From positions 1 to 24,543 of the forward strand of contig JBLIRN010000041.1 of NCBI GenBank assembly GCA_049472315.1: DNA of 24,543 bases, written 5' to 3'. The DNA comes from a bacterium (GTDB taxonomy: Bacteria; SZUA-182; DTGQ01; JAFGSM01). The position numbers were made by a program, and so were the translations under genes. Within the stretch, counting starts at the first letter, position 1. Every line of letters begins with the position of its first letter. Below, in pieces: positions 9,244-17,721 of the stretch. Below the pieces are notes generated by a model. It made no database searches and was not told where the DNA came from. It saw only the letters and a list, made by a program, of their open reading frames with translations.

Positions 9244-10391
9244 ACGGGCTGTACTGCCATATCCCTTTTTGCACGTCGAAGTGCCGCTACTGCACCTTTT
9301 TTTCCGTGACCTCCCTTCGAGAGATACCAGCCTTCCTGGAGGGGGTGAAAAAGGAGGCCGAGCTTTACGCCGGGGAGGGTGATTTTTCATGGTATTCGCA
9401 GCATGGCGTCAGGTTCGATACCCTGTACCTGGGCGGGGGCACCCCCTCCGTCGTCGATGCAAACCAGATGGCCGGGCTGGTGCGGCACCTGCGATTGTGC
9501 CTTCCCTTTTCCCCTGATGCCGAGATCACTATGGAGACGAATCCCGGTGACCTTTCCCTGCACCAGTTGGAGCCGCTCATGGAGGCGGGGATAAACCGCC
9601 TGACCATCGGCGTGCAATCCTTCAGCGACCGGAATCTTGCCTTTCTGGGCAGGCGGCATACCGCGGAACAGGCGGAGAGGGCCATATGCATTGCCAGGCA
9701 GGCGGGGATTACCAATCTGGGCATCGACCTGATATATGGCCTGCCCGGACAATCTCTCCACTCATGGAGGAGCGACCTCGACCATGCAGTGGGCTTGGCC
9801 CCTGAGCATATCTCCTGCTACCAGCTCACCGTGGAAAAGGGAACCCCCCTGGGTGAGGAGATGCGGGAGGGAAGGATCGCGCCGCTGCCGGAACAAAAGG
9901 CATACGATTTCTTCGTTGCCACCTCGCGGCTGCTTACCGGTGCGGGGTATGATCACTATGAGATCTCCAATTTCTCCCGCGGGGAGCGGAACAGGGCACG
10001 GCACAACGGCAAGTACTGGCAACACATCCCCTACCTGGGGCTCGGCCCCTCCGCCCATTCCTTCTCCGGCACCCGGAGATGGTGGAACCATGCATCGGTG
10101 GAGCAATACTGCGCAGCCCTCACCGAAGGGAGGTTACCGGTGGAGGGGAGCGAGGAACTCGGCGTGCAGGAGATGCGCATTGAATCCCTGTATGTCGGAT
10201 TCAGGACCCGGGAGGGCATCGACCTTGTGCGTTTTCGGGAGGGATTCGGCCAGGACCTCGAACGAGAGCCCCCCGGATTGCTCGCCATGCTCGAAGCTCA
10301 AGGCAGGGTGAAGGTGCGGGAGGGGAGGGTGATTCCCACCCTCCAGGGCATGGCGGTCGCCGATGCCCTGACGTCTTTGTTCATTCAGTAG
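9240..10391 (+). CDS. hemW: Radical SAM heme chaperone HemW (HemN-like)
   Basis: HIPFCTSKCRYC (CxxxCxxC), YLGGGTPS, DLIYGLPGQ, YEISNF, HNGKYW (HNxxYW); ATGA overlap with lepA. Confidence 0.93.
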   Translation: MNGLYCHIPFCTSKCRYCTFFSVTSLREIPAFLEGVKKEAELYAGEGDFSWYSQHGVRFDTLYLGGGTPSVVDANQMAGLVRHLRLCLPFSPDAEITMETNPGDLSLHQLEPLMEAGINRLTIGVQSFSDRNLAFLGRRHTAEQAERAICIARQAGITNLGIDLIYGLPGQSLHSWRSDLDHAVGLAPEHISCYQLTVEKGTPLGEEMREGRIAPLPEQKAYDFFVATSRLLTGAGYDHYEISNFSRGERNRARHNGKYWQHIPYLGLGPSAHSFSGTRRWWNHASVEQYCAALTEGRLPVEGSEELGVQEMRIESLYVGFRTREGIDLVRFREGFGQDLEREPPGLLAMLEAQGRVKVREGRVIPTLQGMAVADALTSLFIQ

Positions 10392-10509
10392 TCTCGATAG
10401 TATTCGATACATTGAAGTTATTTTAAACTATGAAAGGAGGAGCTTATTGGTAATGATTTTATCAAAAAAGGTTACCCGGTAATAAAATCTTAATGATGAG
10501 GGAGAAGCC

Positions 10510-11055
10510 ATGAAAAGGTCATTATTAATAATGTTGTTTATCATCGCTTTGATTTCGACAACTGCCTTTGCCGAGGTTAAACAAGGTGATGTTTTGATAG
10601 GAGCTTCAAGCCAATTATCCTTTTCCACAACGAAGGTAAAACCGGAAGGGTATTCAGAAGAAAAAGTCAAATCAACTAATTTTGACATATCTGCTGAAAG
10701 GTTATTAACATGTAATGTATCCTTGGGTGCATCATTAACCTACGACAAAGATGATTATGATGACGGGGATACAACAGCAACAATAATATTAATTTATGGA
10801 ACGGCCTATATTCAGCCCAATGAAAAGCTCAATCCATATGTTACGCTTGGAGTAGGTAGGATCGATATGGATTTCGATGGTATTGATGGTGACGGATTGG
10901 GATTTGGGGGCGGAATAGGCATATTGTATTTTTTTAATAATAACATAGCACTGGATTTTGGCTTTACATATCTTAATGGGGAGTTAGATGTTGAGGGTGT
11001 GGATGTCGATTATACCTCTTCGGTTTTCGGCGCTGGGTTTAAGATAAAATTCTAA
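10510..11055 (+). CDS. Outer-membrane beta-barrel protein (small, probably 8-stranded)
   Basis: Signal peptide ending AFA-E, amphipathic strands (LNPYVTLGVG, GFGGGIGILYF), terminal GAGFKIKF ending in Phe. Visibly AT-rich compared with flanking genes. Confidence 0.88.
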   Translation: MKRSLLIMLFIIALISTTAFAEVKQGDVLIGASSQLSFSTTKVKPEGYSEEKVKSTNFDISAERLLTCNVSLGASLTYDKDDYDDGDTTATIILIYGTAYIQPNEKLNPYVTLGVGRIDMDFDGIDGDGLGFGGGIGILYFFNNNIALDFGFTYLNGELDVEGVDVDYTSSVFGAGFKIKF

Positions 11056-11094
11056 TAACGTTCTCAATTTTTGTACCATAATTTTTTTTCTCTT

Positions 11095-11126
11095 AGGGAG
11101 CGGGTAAAACCGGCTCCCTTTGTTTT
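11095..11126 (+). terminator. Rho-independent terminator after the OMP gene
   Basis: AGGGAGC...GCTCCCT hairpin followed by TTGTTTT. Confidence 0.8.
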
Positions 11127-11212
11127 ATAGGCCCGGTAGGGCTTGACCATCCTGAGGTGAAAGTCTTTTGCCTGCTTGGCACAGCGAGGTTAGCCGGACG
11201 GCAAGGAAGTCC
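11127..11212 (+). mobile_element. Degenerate 5' fragment of a group IIC intron
   Basis: Shares, in order, GCCCGG, GGTGAAAGTC, TTAGCCG and AAGGAAGTCC with the intron 5' end at 23996-24131, and starts right after a terminator hairpin. Confidence 0.7.
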
Positions 11213-11422
11213 ATCACGACGTACCATGAAAGCCCCTTCGGGCATCGCTTCGGTTAATCCCTATCGTCAATATTCCTTCCCGGCGGTTTTCATAAAAAAA
11301 TGTCGATACAATACACATAGGATCCTCCGTCCGCTCGGCGGACGGGGATGGCCTGCGTCGCCTTTGCACGGATGTTGACAGGCGGACGATGATTGACCGA
11401 AGGGAGAAGAGGGAAGCGTAAC

Positions 11423-12157
11423 GTGGAGACCCTGACCATTCGCTATTGTTTCACCTTGGGCAACGGGGTGAGAGAGCAGTTCAGCCTCACGCTCGATTCG
11501 AAGACCCTCAATCTGATCACCGGGACGAGGGATACACTGCCTGAGTGGACGAAGCTCGATTTTCATCAATGCCCCAACTGCCCCCTCAGCACCAAAACCC
11601 ATACACACTGCCCGGTGGCGTTGAGCCTTGCGGATGTGGTGGAGCGGTTCGACGGGATTCTCTCCTACGACCAGGTCCACCTCGAGGTCACCATGAAGGA
11701 ACGGTTCGTATCCCAGGAGACAACCGCCCAGAAGGGGATCAGTTCGTTGATGGGTCTGGTGATGGCAACGAGCGGCTGTCCCCATACGGCCTTCTTCAAG
11801 CCCATGGCCCGTTTTCACCTTCCCCTGGCGAGCGAGGAGGAGACCATATATCGGGCGACCTCCACATACCTGCTCGCCCAGTATTTCCTGAAAAACGAGG
11901 GAAAGGAAGCGGATTTTAAATTTCAGGGGCTTGCTGAAATATATCGCAACATGCAGAGTGTAAACTCAGGGATTGCGCGACGCCTCAGGGCTTGGACCGA
12001 GTCGGATTCATCCCTGAACGCCATCGTTTTGCTGGATCTCTATGCGCGGGCACTCCCCATGGTTATCGAGGACTCCCTGCAGGAGATCAGGTATCTCTTT
12101 TCGCCTTTTTTCCCGGAGGAGGCATTCCCTCCCTGTTCACCAAAACCTTCGTCATAG
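11423..12157 (+). CDS. Conserved hypothetical protein, DUF6901-like, Cys-containing
   Basis: WTKLDFHQCPNCPL...CPVA, MATSGCP, PMARFHLP, YLLAQYF; family recognised from memory. GTG at 11423 preferred over TTG at 11393. Confidence 0.75.
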   Translation: METLTIRYCFTLGNGVREQFSLTLDSKTLNLITGTRDTLPEWTKLDFHQCPNCPLSTKTHTHCPVALSLADVVERFDGILSYDQVHLEVTMKERFVSQETTAQKGISSLMGLVMATSGCPHTAFFKPMARFHLPLASEEETIYRATSTYLLAQYFLKNEGKEADFKFQGLAEIYRNMQSVNSGIARRLRAWTESDSSLNAIVLLDLYARALPMVIEDSLQEIRYLFSPFFPEEAFPPCSPKPSS

Positions 12158-12517
12158 GTGTGGACTTGGGGATGCGTAAAACATACGGTGCATTGTCTTC
12201 TATAGGGGCGTTCATCGGCTGCAGGCCGGCGAAGTTTCGCGCAGCTCATGAAGGGAATCACCCGACCCTTCCTCCGGAGGGTGTATCGGGCGGAGGGAAC
12301 AAAAAAAGGGTAAAGTTGCTGCCGCATATGGCCGATTAGAATGTAGTAAAGGATGCACAAACTATCTCATCAAGCCTTCGGCACGCAACAAGGTATTCAT
12401 GCACCTCGCTGGTTACCCGCAGGGGTGAGAAACAATAGTGCATTGAGATACAAGGTGTTTCATGGAAAAAGGAATATGGAATTCTCGTACAGGTTTTAAA
12501 CGGATGGAGGCAACTGA

Positions 12518-12901
12518 ATGAGAACCTTTAATGTAATGTTCGTCGATGATGAGGAGAACGTCCTGAAGTCATATATCAGGGTTTTCTTGCGGGAACCGAT
12601 CAAGATCTTCGTAGCGGACAACGGAACGGATGCAATGAAGCTTTTTTCCACCCAGCAGCTCGACCTAATCATTACGGATATCAAGATGCCCAATATGCAC
12701 GGCATGGAATTGATAGAGACCATACGCAAAGAGGACACGACAACGCCCATAATCATCTATTCAGCGTATGAAAAAATGAAGGATGATTGTGCCCTGAAAA
12801 ATCTGAATGTCCAGGGGTTCTATTCAAAACCCGAGGACTACAGCGCCCTGTGCGACAAGATAAAGGAAATGGCTTCGATATGCCAGACGGCAACGACATG
12901 A
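12518..12901 (+). CDS. Single-domain response regulator (receiver)
   Basis: FVDDE, IITDIKMP, YSAY, SKP; GGAGG ribosome-binding site. Confidence 0.92.
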   Translation: MRTFNVMFVDDEENVLKSYIRVFLREPIKIFVADNGTDAMKLFSTQQLDLIITDIKMPNMHGMELIETIRKEDTTTPIIIYSAYEKMKDDCALKNLNVQGFYSKPEDYSALCDKIKEMASICQTATT

Positions 12902-14289
12902 AACCTGTGGACGAGAATAGACGAATCCTGATTATCGACGACGACCCGTATATCGCGAGCACCTATAAGCGCATCCTCTGCGCGGAGGCTTCACCCCTCT
13001 CTTCCCTTAAAAACTCCTGTGCCATCAAAGAGGACGTCCAGCACTGCAACTTCTATGACCTGACGGTTGTGCATAATGGTGAAGACGGGATCGAGGCGGT
13101 GAAGGAATCGTTGCGTGAGAACAAACCGTATGTCGCCGCATTCGTGGATTTGATGCTCCCCGGCTTGAACGGTGCGGAGACAACGGCGTGGATATGGATG
13201 ATCGATCCGAACATCAAGATTCTCATCGTCACGGCATACAGCCAGTATCTTTCCGAAGACTGCGCCATGGTTGCGGGCAGGGATGACCTCTTCTACCTGC
13301 GTAAACCGTTCAACCCGGAGGAGATCAGGCAGTTTGCCCGGGCATTTACAAAGCAATGGAGCCTGGAACAGGAAAAGACAAGGCTTACCCAAGACCTCAA
13401 GGTGGCCCAGGAGAAGCTGGAGGATATGAACAACAATCTGCAAAAAAAGGTGGAGGAACAGACCACCATGCTCATACAGTCGGATAAGATGGCCTCCATC
13501 GGTCTTCTCGCTGCGGGTATTGCCCACGAAATCAACAATCCCGTTGCCTTTATGAACAGCAACCTTGCCTCCATGAAGTCCTACAGCGTCGTCATCAAGG
13601 ATGTGCTTGAAAAATACCAGGAATTGGAACAATACACCGAAAAGGGTGCAAAAAAGAAGGCGATGCAGTGCATTGCCACGATACGGAAGCTCTGGGAAGA
13701 AAACAAGATGGATTTCATCTTCGGTGACCTGGTGGAACTGATCGATGATTCACTGGAGGGGGCCGAGAGGATCAGCACAATCGTCAGGGATCTGAAATCC
13801 TTTGCCCGGGTGAAGTCGGAGGACATTGAGGATGTCGACCTCAACGAGGTAATCGATACGACCCTGAACATCATATGGAACGAAATAAAATATAAGACCG
13901 AGATCCTCAAGGAATACGGTGAACTCCCCCCGATAACGTGCGTCGTTCAGAAGATCAGCCAGGTTTTCATGAACCTGTTGACGAACGCGGCACAGGCCAT
14001 TGAAAAGAAGGGCACCATCCGGATATCCACACGGCATCTCAAGGAGAGAAGCGGACAGGAATGCATCGAAGCGAGGGTTTCGGACGACGGCGCCGGCATC
14101 CCCAAGAAGTACCTCACCAAGATCTTCGATCCCTTTTTCACCACCAAACAGGACGAGGGTGGGACAGGCCTCGGCTTGAAGATCACCTACGACATCATCA
14201 AGGCCCACGGAGGGACCATCCGGGTGGAAAGCGAGGAAGGGAAGGGCACCACCTTTATCATACGGCTGCCCCTGAACACAGAGCCCTGA
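12898..14289 (+). CDS. Cytoplasmic hybrid histidine kinase (REC - coiled coil - HisKA - HATPase)
   Basis: IIDDD/VDLMLP/VTAY/RKP receiver; H-box IAHEINNP, N-box NLLTNAAQA, DDGAGI, FDPFFTTK, GTGLGL. ATG at 12898 overlaps the upstream stop (ATGA). No transmembrane segment seen. Confidence 0.93.
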   Translation: MKPVDENRRILIIDDDPYIASTYKRILCAEASPLSSLKNSCAIKEDVQHCNFYDLTVVHNGEDGIEAVKESLRENKPYVAAFVDLMLPGLNGAETTAWIWMIDPNIKILIVTAYSQYLSEDCAMVAGRDDLFYLRKPFNPEEIRQFARAFTKQWSLEQEKTRLTQDLKVAQEKLEDMNNNLQKKVEEQTTMLIQSDKMASIGLLAAGIAHEINNPVAFMNSNLASMKSYSVVIKDVLEKYQELEQYTEKGAKKKAMQCIATIRKLWEENKMDFIFGDLVELIDDSLEGAERISTIVRDLKSFARVKSEDIEDVDLNEVIDTTLNIIWNEIKYKTEILKEYGELPPITCVVQKISQVFMNLLTNAAQAIEKKGTIRISTRHLKERSGQECIEARVSDDGAGIPKKYLTKIFDPFFTTKQDEGGTGLGLKITYDIIKAHGGTIRVESEEGKGTTFIIRLPLNTEP

Positions 14290-14463
14290 CCGCTCATCTA
14301 CCGCGCATCCCGCAAAAAAACCGCCCGCCCACTCACCCCGGAACGGATCACTGAAACAAGGCATGGTTCCCGAGGCTTCATACCGTTTTCAACCGCAATG
14401 ATCCGGCCCCACATGGTGGTCTCTTATTAACGGTTGCAGGGATTACACGCGGGAATCACAGGT

Positions 14464-14493
14464 TTGACAGGAGTGAAACGAACAACTTATAAT
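14464..14493 (+). promoter_or_regulatory. Consensus sigma70 promoter
   Basis: TTGACA (14464-14469), 18 bp, TATAAT (14488-14493). Confidence 0.8.
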
Positions 14494-14499
14494 AAAAAC

Positions 14500-14810
14500 C
14501 ATCTGTAGGTAATCGCTGTGCGATCCCTTGTGAGCCGCATACCTGCTCTCCGGAAAGGCTCTCAGGACAAAAAAAGGTCTGGGAGTTGAGGGAGGTGAAA
14601 AGGCCAGCAAATGGAGGTCGTAATTACTGCAACAGGGGTTGCGAAGTACAAACGTACTTACTGCGTAAGAATGTAATTCTGCGTAGTTATCCCCCCGGTT
14701 GAGGCCAGCATCAAACCTCAACCACACGGGTCAGTAACCCTTGTGATAGGGGGAAAATTCTCCGGCTCCCAGACCTTTTTGGGTATCGTTGATCTAATTG
14801 TCCTCAGGTG
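14500..14810 (+). ncRNA. Candidate ~310-nt structured RNA of unassigned family
   Basis: Begins at the expected start site of the consensus promoter. 15-bp perfect inverted repeat (14571-14585/14766-14780), nested hairpins, and G-U-compatible pairing on the + strand. Confidence 0.5.
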
Positions 14811-15068
14811 CAAGTGTTATGCCCTCGTAATCAATCGATGCAGTCCGCAGGGAACATTTTGAAAATCTTATTTGTTAAGAATAGAATGTATCCTTTTTGA
14901 ACCGGGGGCATGATGCAGGGGAGCGAATTTATATTGTGTGCATGTTGCACAGGGTTCTCCGTCTGCAACATCGCCTGCCGAACATTTTTAATTAACCGTT
15001 AAATACGCCCGGTGATACCTGTTGCAGATCATGTAATCCGTATCAGATCGGGGGAGCATACAAAGAAC

Positions 15069-15497
15069 ATGGAGAATGAAAAAACCATACAGCAGCTTTC
15101 CAGGGAGATTTCCGGGGAACCCTATGGCCGGATATTCGGTTTCAGGTTGAAGGACCTGCAGCCCGGGTATGCGCTGGTGGAGATGGATGTCACGGAACGG
15201 CTTCGAAACAGCCTGGGCATGGTCCACGGTGGTGCCATATTTTCCCTGATCGATCAGGCCTTTCAGGCTGCGGGAAATTCCCACGGCACCGTGGCGGTTG
15301 CCCTGAACATGAACATATCCTATTTCAGGGCGCCCAAATTTGGCGATGTCCTGAGTGCGGAGGCGAAGGAGATCAATCTGACCCGCAGGACGGGCAGTTA
15401 TGTCATCGAGGTCCGGGATCAGGAGGGTCAGCTCATCGCCAACTGTCAGGCCATGGTGTACCGGAAGGACAATCCGCTCCCGTTTCTCAATCAATAA
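15069..15497 (+). CDS. PaaI-family hotdog-fold thioesterase
   Basis: NSLGMVHGGAIFSLIDQAF, VALNMNISYFRA. ATG at 15069 preferred over GTG at 15012. Confidence 0.92.
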   Translation: MENEKTIQQLSREISGEPYGRIFGFRLKDLQPGYALVEMDVTERLRNSLGMVHGGAIFSLIDQAFQAAGNSHGTVAVALNMNISYFRAPKFGDVLSAEAKEINLTRRTGSYVIEVRDQEGQLIANCQAMVYRKDNPLPFLNQ

Positions 15498-15634
15498 TAC
15501 CATCGCACGACCCCATATTCTATCGGAGTCTCATGTGAGCCCCGGTGATCTGGGGGACCGGCAGTGAGATTCCCATATAGTACACCCGGGGTATCGGCCT
15601 TTTTGGTGTGATGCCGCAGGAGAGAGGGATTGCC

Positions 15635-17203
15635 ATGGATTCAGCATCTCAGGAACATTCGGACACCCCTGTGCGGGTCCGTTTTGCCCCCAGCCCCACC
15701 GGCCACCTCCACCTCGGAGGGGCACGGACCGCCCTGTACAACTGGCTCTTTGCCCGGGGGAGGGGAGGGACCTTTATCCTCAGGATCGAGGATACGGATG
15801 TCGAGCGGTCGGAGGAGATCTATACGCGCCAGATCCTTGCGGATATGAGCTGGCTGGGACTGGACTGGGATGAGGGACCGGAGAAGGGAGGGGCGTTCGG
15901 CCCCTATTTTCAAAGCATGCGGGGCGACCGCTACAAACAGTACTGCGCCAGGCTGCTCGACTCTGGCATGGCATACCGCTGCTTCTGCTCCGCTGAGGAG
16001 CTCGATGAGCGAAGAAAGGAGGCGGAACAGGCAAAGGCGGTATACGGCTACGACGGCCGGTGCCGGACGCTCGATCCGCAGGAGGTGCGGCGGAGGCTCG
16101 ATGCCGGGGAGCCTGCTGCGATCAGGTTCAGGGTCCCCGATGAGGGGTATACCGTTTTCAAGGACATGATCCGGAAAAAGGTCTCGGTAAAAAACAGCGA
16201 GCTTGATGACTTCATCATCGTGCGCTCGGACGGGACCCCCACCTACAACTTCACCGTGGTGGCGGACGACCTTGATATGAAAATAACCCATGTCATCAGG
16301 GGAGACGATCACATATCGAATACCCCGAAGCAGATCCTCATCTACCAGGGGTTGGGGCAGGCCCCCCCGGTCTATGCCCACATCCCCATGATCCTTGGTC
16401 CGGACGGCCAGCGACTGAGCAAGCGCCATGGTGCCACCGCTATCTTCGCCTACCGTGATATGGGGTATCTGCCCGAGGCCATGGTCAACTACCTGGCCCT
16501 TCTGGGATGGGCCTTCGATGACAAGCAGACCCTGTTCGCCGGGGATGAGCTCATCCGGAAGTTCTCCCTGGAGGGGGTCAGCAAGAAGGCGGCCATCTTC
16601 GACAATCAGAAGCTGCTGTGGATGAACGGGGTCTACCTCAGGGACCTTCCCATGGACCGGCTGGCGGGACTGTGCCTCCCTATCCTGAAAAGCGAATACG
16701 CAGAGAAGCTCCCAAGAATACCCCGCGTGCCCGATTCCCGTGCCGCCGGCTCCAATCCTTTATCCGATGTTCATCCTGAAGAACATATCGACGAGGAACG
16801 CGTGCGCAAGGTCCTCGGCCTGGTTCAACCCCGGATGAAGAGCCTCAACGATGTGGTGGACCTCACCGCTTATTTCTGGGAGGATGCAATACGCTATACC
16901 CCCGAGGCGGAGGCACAATTGACCGGGGAGCCTGCGGTGGCAGACTATCTGCGTGCTTTACACAAACGCCTTGGTATGGTAAAATTATTTACTCATGAGG
17001 AATTGGAGCGCCTGTGCGGGGACCTGGTCTCCGAACTGGGGATAAAGTTCGGGGTCCTTGCCCATCCCCTGCGGGCAGCGGTCACCGGACGGACGGCCAG
17101 CCCGGGCATATTCGAGACCCTCTCCCTCATCGGGAAGGAGCGGGTCATGGAAAGGCTCGACAAGGCCATCCGGTTTATCGAAGAAAAACGAATCAAACAA
17201 TAG
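15635..17203 (+). CDS. gltX: Glutamate--tRNA ligase
   Basis: VRVRFAPSPTGHLHLGG (HIGH), LRIEDTD, YRCFC...YDGRCR, ITHVIRGDDH, RLSKR (KMSKS), PLRAAVTG. Start at 15635 or 15608. Confidence 0.98.
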   Translation: MDSASQEHSDTPVRVRFAPSPTGHLHLGGARTALYNWLFARGRGGTFILRIEDTDVERSEEIYTRQILADMSWLGLDWDEGPEKGGAFGPYFQSMRGDRYKQYCARLLDSGMAYRCFCSAEELDERRKEAEQAKAVYGYDGRCRTLDPQEVRRRLDAGEPAAIRFRVPDEGYTVFKDMIRKKVSVKNSELDDFIIVRSDGTPTYNFTVVADDLDMKITHVIRGDDHISNTPKQILIYQGLGQAPPVYAHIPMILGPDGQRLSKRHGATAIFAYRDMGYLPEAMVNYLALLGWAFDDKQTLFAGDELIRKFSLEGVSKKAAIFDNQKLLWMNGVYLRDLPMDRLAGLCLPILKSEYAEKLPRIPRVPDSRAAGSNPLSDVHPEEHIDEERVRKVLGLVQPRMKSLNDVVDLTAYFWEDAIRYTPEAEAQLTGEPAVADYLRALHKRLGMVKLFTHEELERLCGDLVSELGIKFGVLAHPLRAAVTGRTASPGIFETLSLIGKERVMERLDKAIRFIEEKRIKQ

Positions 17204-17210
17204 ACAGGGT

Positions 17211-17284
17211 TGCAGGATCGGCTAATGGTAGGCCGGGTGACTCTGGATCACCTAGTCCAGGTTCGAATCCTGGTCCTGCAGCCA
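17211..17284 (+). tRNA. tRNA-Gln(CTG)
   Basis: Acceptor stem TGCAGGA/TCCTGCA, anticodon arm GGTGA-CT CTG GA-TCACC, GGTTCGAATCC, encoded CCA. Confidence 0.97.
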
Positions 17285-17304
17285 AAAAATCGAGACAAGG
17301 ACGC

Positions 17305-17379
17305 GGCGCTATCGTCTAGAGGTCAGGACAGATGGTTCTCAGCCATCAGACCGGGGTTCGATTCCCCGTAGCGCTGCCA
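17305..17379 (+). tRNA. tRNA-Glu(CTC)
   Basis: Acceptor stem GGCGCTA/TAGCGCT, anticodon arm GATGG-TT CTC AG-CCATC, GGTTCGATTCC, encoded CCA. Confidence 0.97.
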
Positions 17380-17509
17380 TTTTTTCCCTTCCCTACGGTA
17401 TATCCCCAAGTACCCAATATGTGGCAGTTCTGCTTCATTGCGCCTTACACGCTTGATGGGCGTACCCCTCCGCACGAAAACCGCATCCCTATATAGTAGG
17501 CTTATTAAT

Positions 17510-17648
17510 ATTGATTGAATCGTAAAAAGTCGATCCTACCCTATTCTGTCATTCCGTGCTTGAGACGGAATCCAGTGTTTTTAAATAGCTCTGGACTCAG
17601 GCCTTCGCCGGAGTGACGGGCTTGGCGACTTTTTACGAGGCCATCAAT
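17510..17648. repeat. MITE/REP-like palindromic element
   Basis: Inverted repeats TCGTAAAAAGTCG (17520-17532)/CGACTTTTTACGA (17626-17638), extended by ATTGAT/ATCAAT, enclosing GTCATTCCG...CGGAATCCAG and CTGGACTC...CGGAGTGAC REP-like units. Confidence 0.75.
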
Positions 17649-17721
17649 TGTAAGTTTGTTGCACTATTACAAGGTTACCAGATGTATGAGAGGTTTGCCA
17701 TGCCTTCAATTACATGCCGGG

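Noticed and set aside
10510..11055. OMP gene as a stray gene cassette
   Set aside because: Followed by an ordinary terminator, not an attC palindrome.
11127..11212. Possible SRP RNA or c-di-GMP riboswitch
   Set aside because: Lacks the SRP domain IV and GEMM cores; collinearity with the IIC intron 5' end explains it better.
14545..14580. CTCTCAGG followed by an A-run, reminiscent of a glycine riboswitch 3' end
   Set aside because: The upstream GGAGA and CCGAAG core elements are absent, and the segment pairs in a different hairpin.
14942..14971. Inverted repeat ATGTTGCA-N14-TGCAACAT upstream of the thioesterase
   Set aside because: Could be an operator, but it is a single occurrence with no candidate regulator or clear promoter context.
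17211..17648. tRNA genes as an integration site for a prophage or island
   Set aside because: No integrase and no duplicated tRNA 3' end seen in the window.
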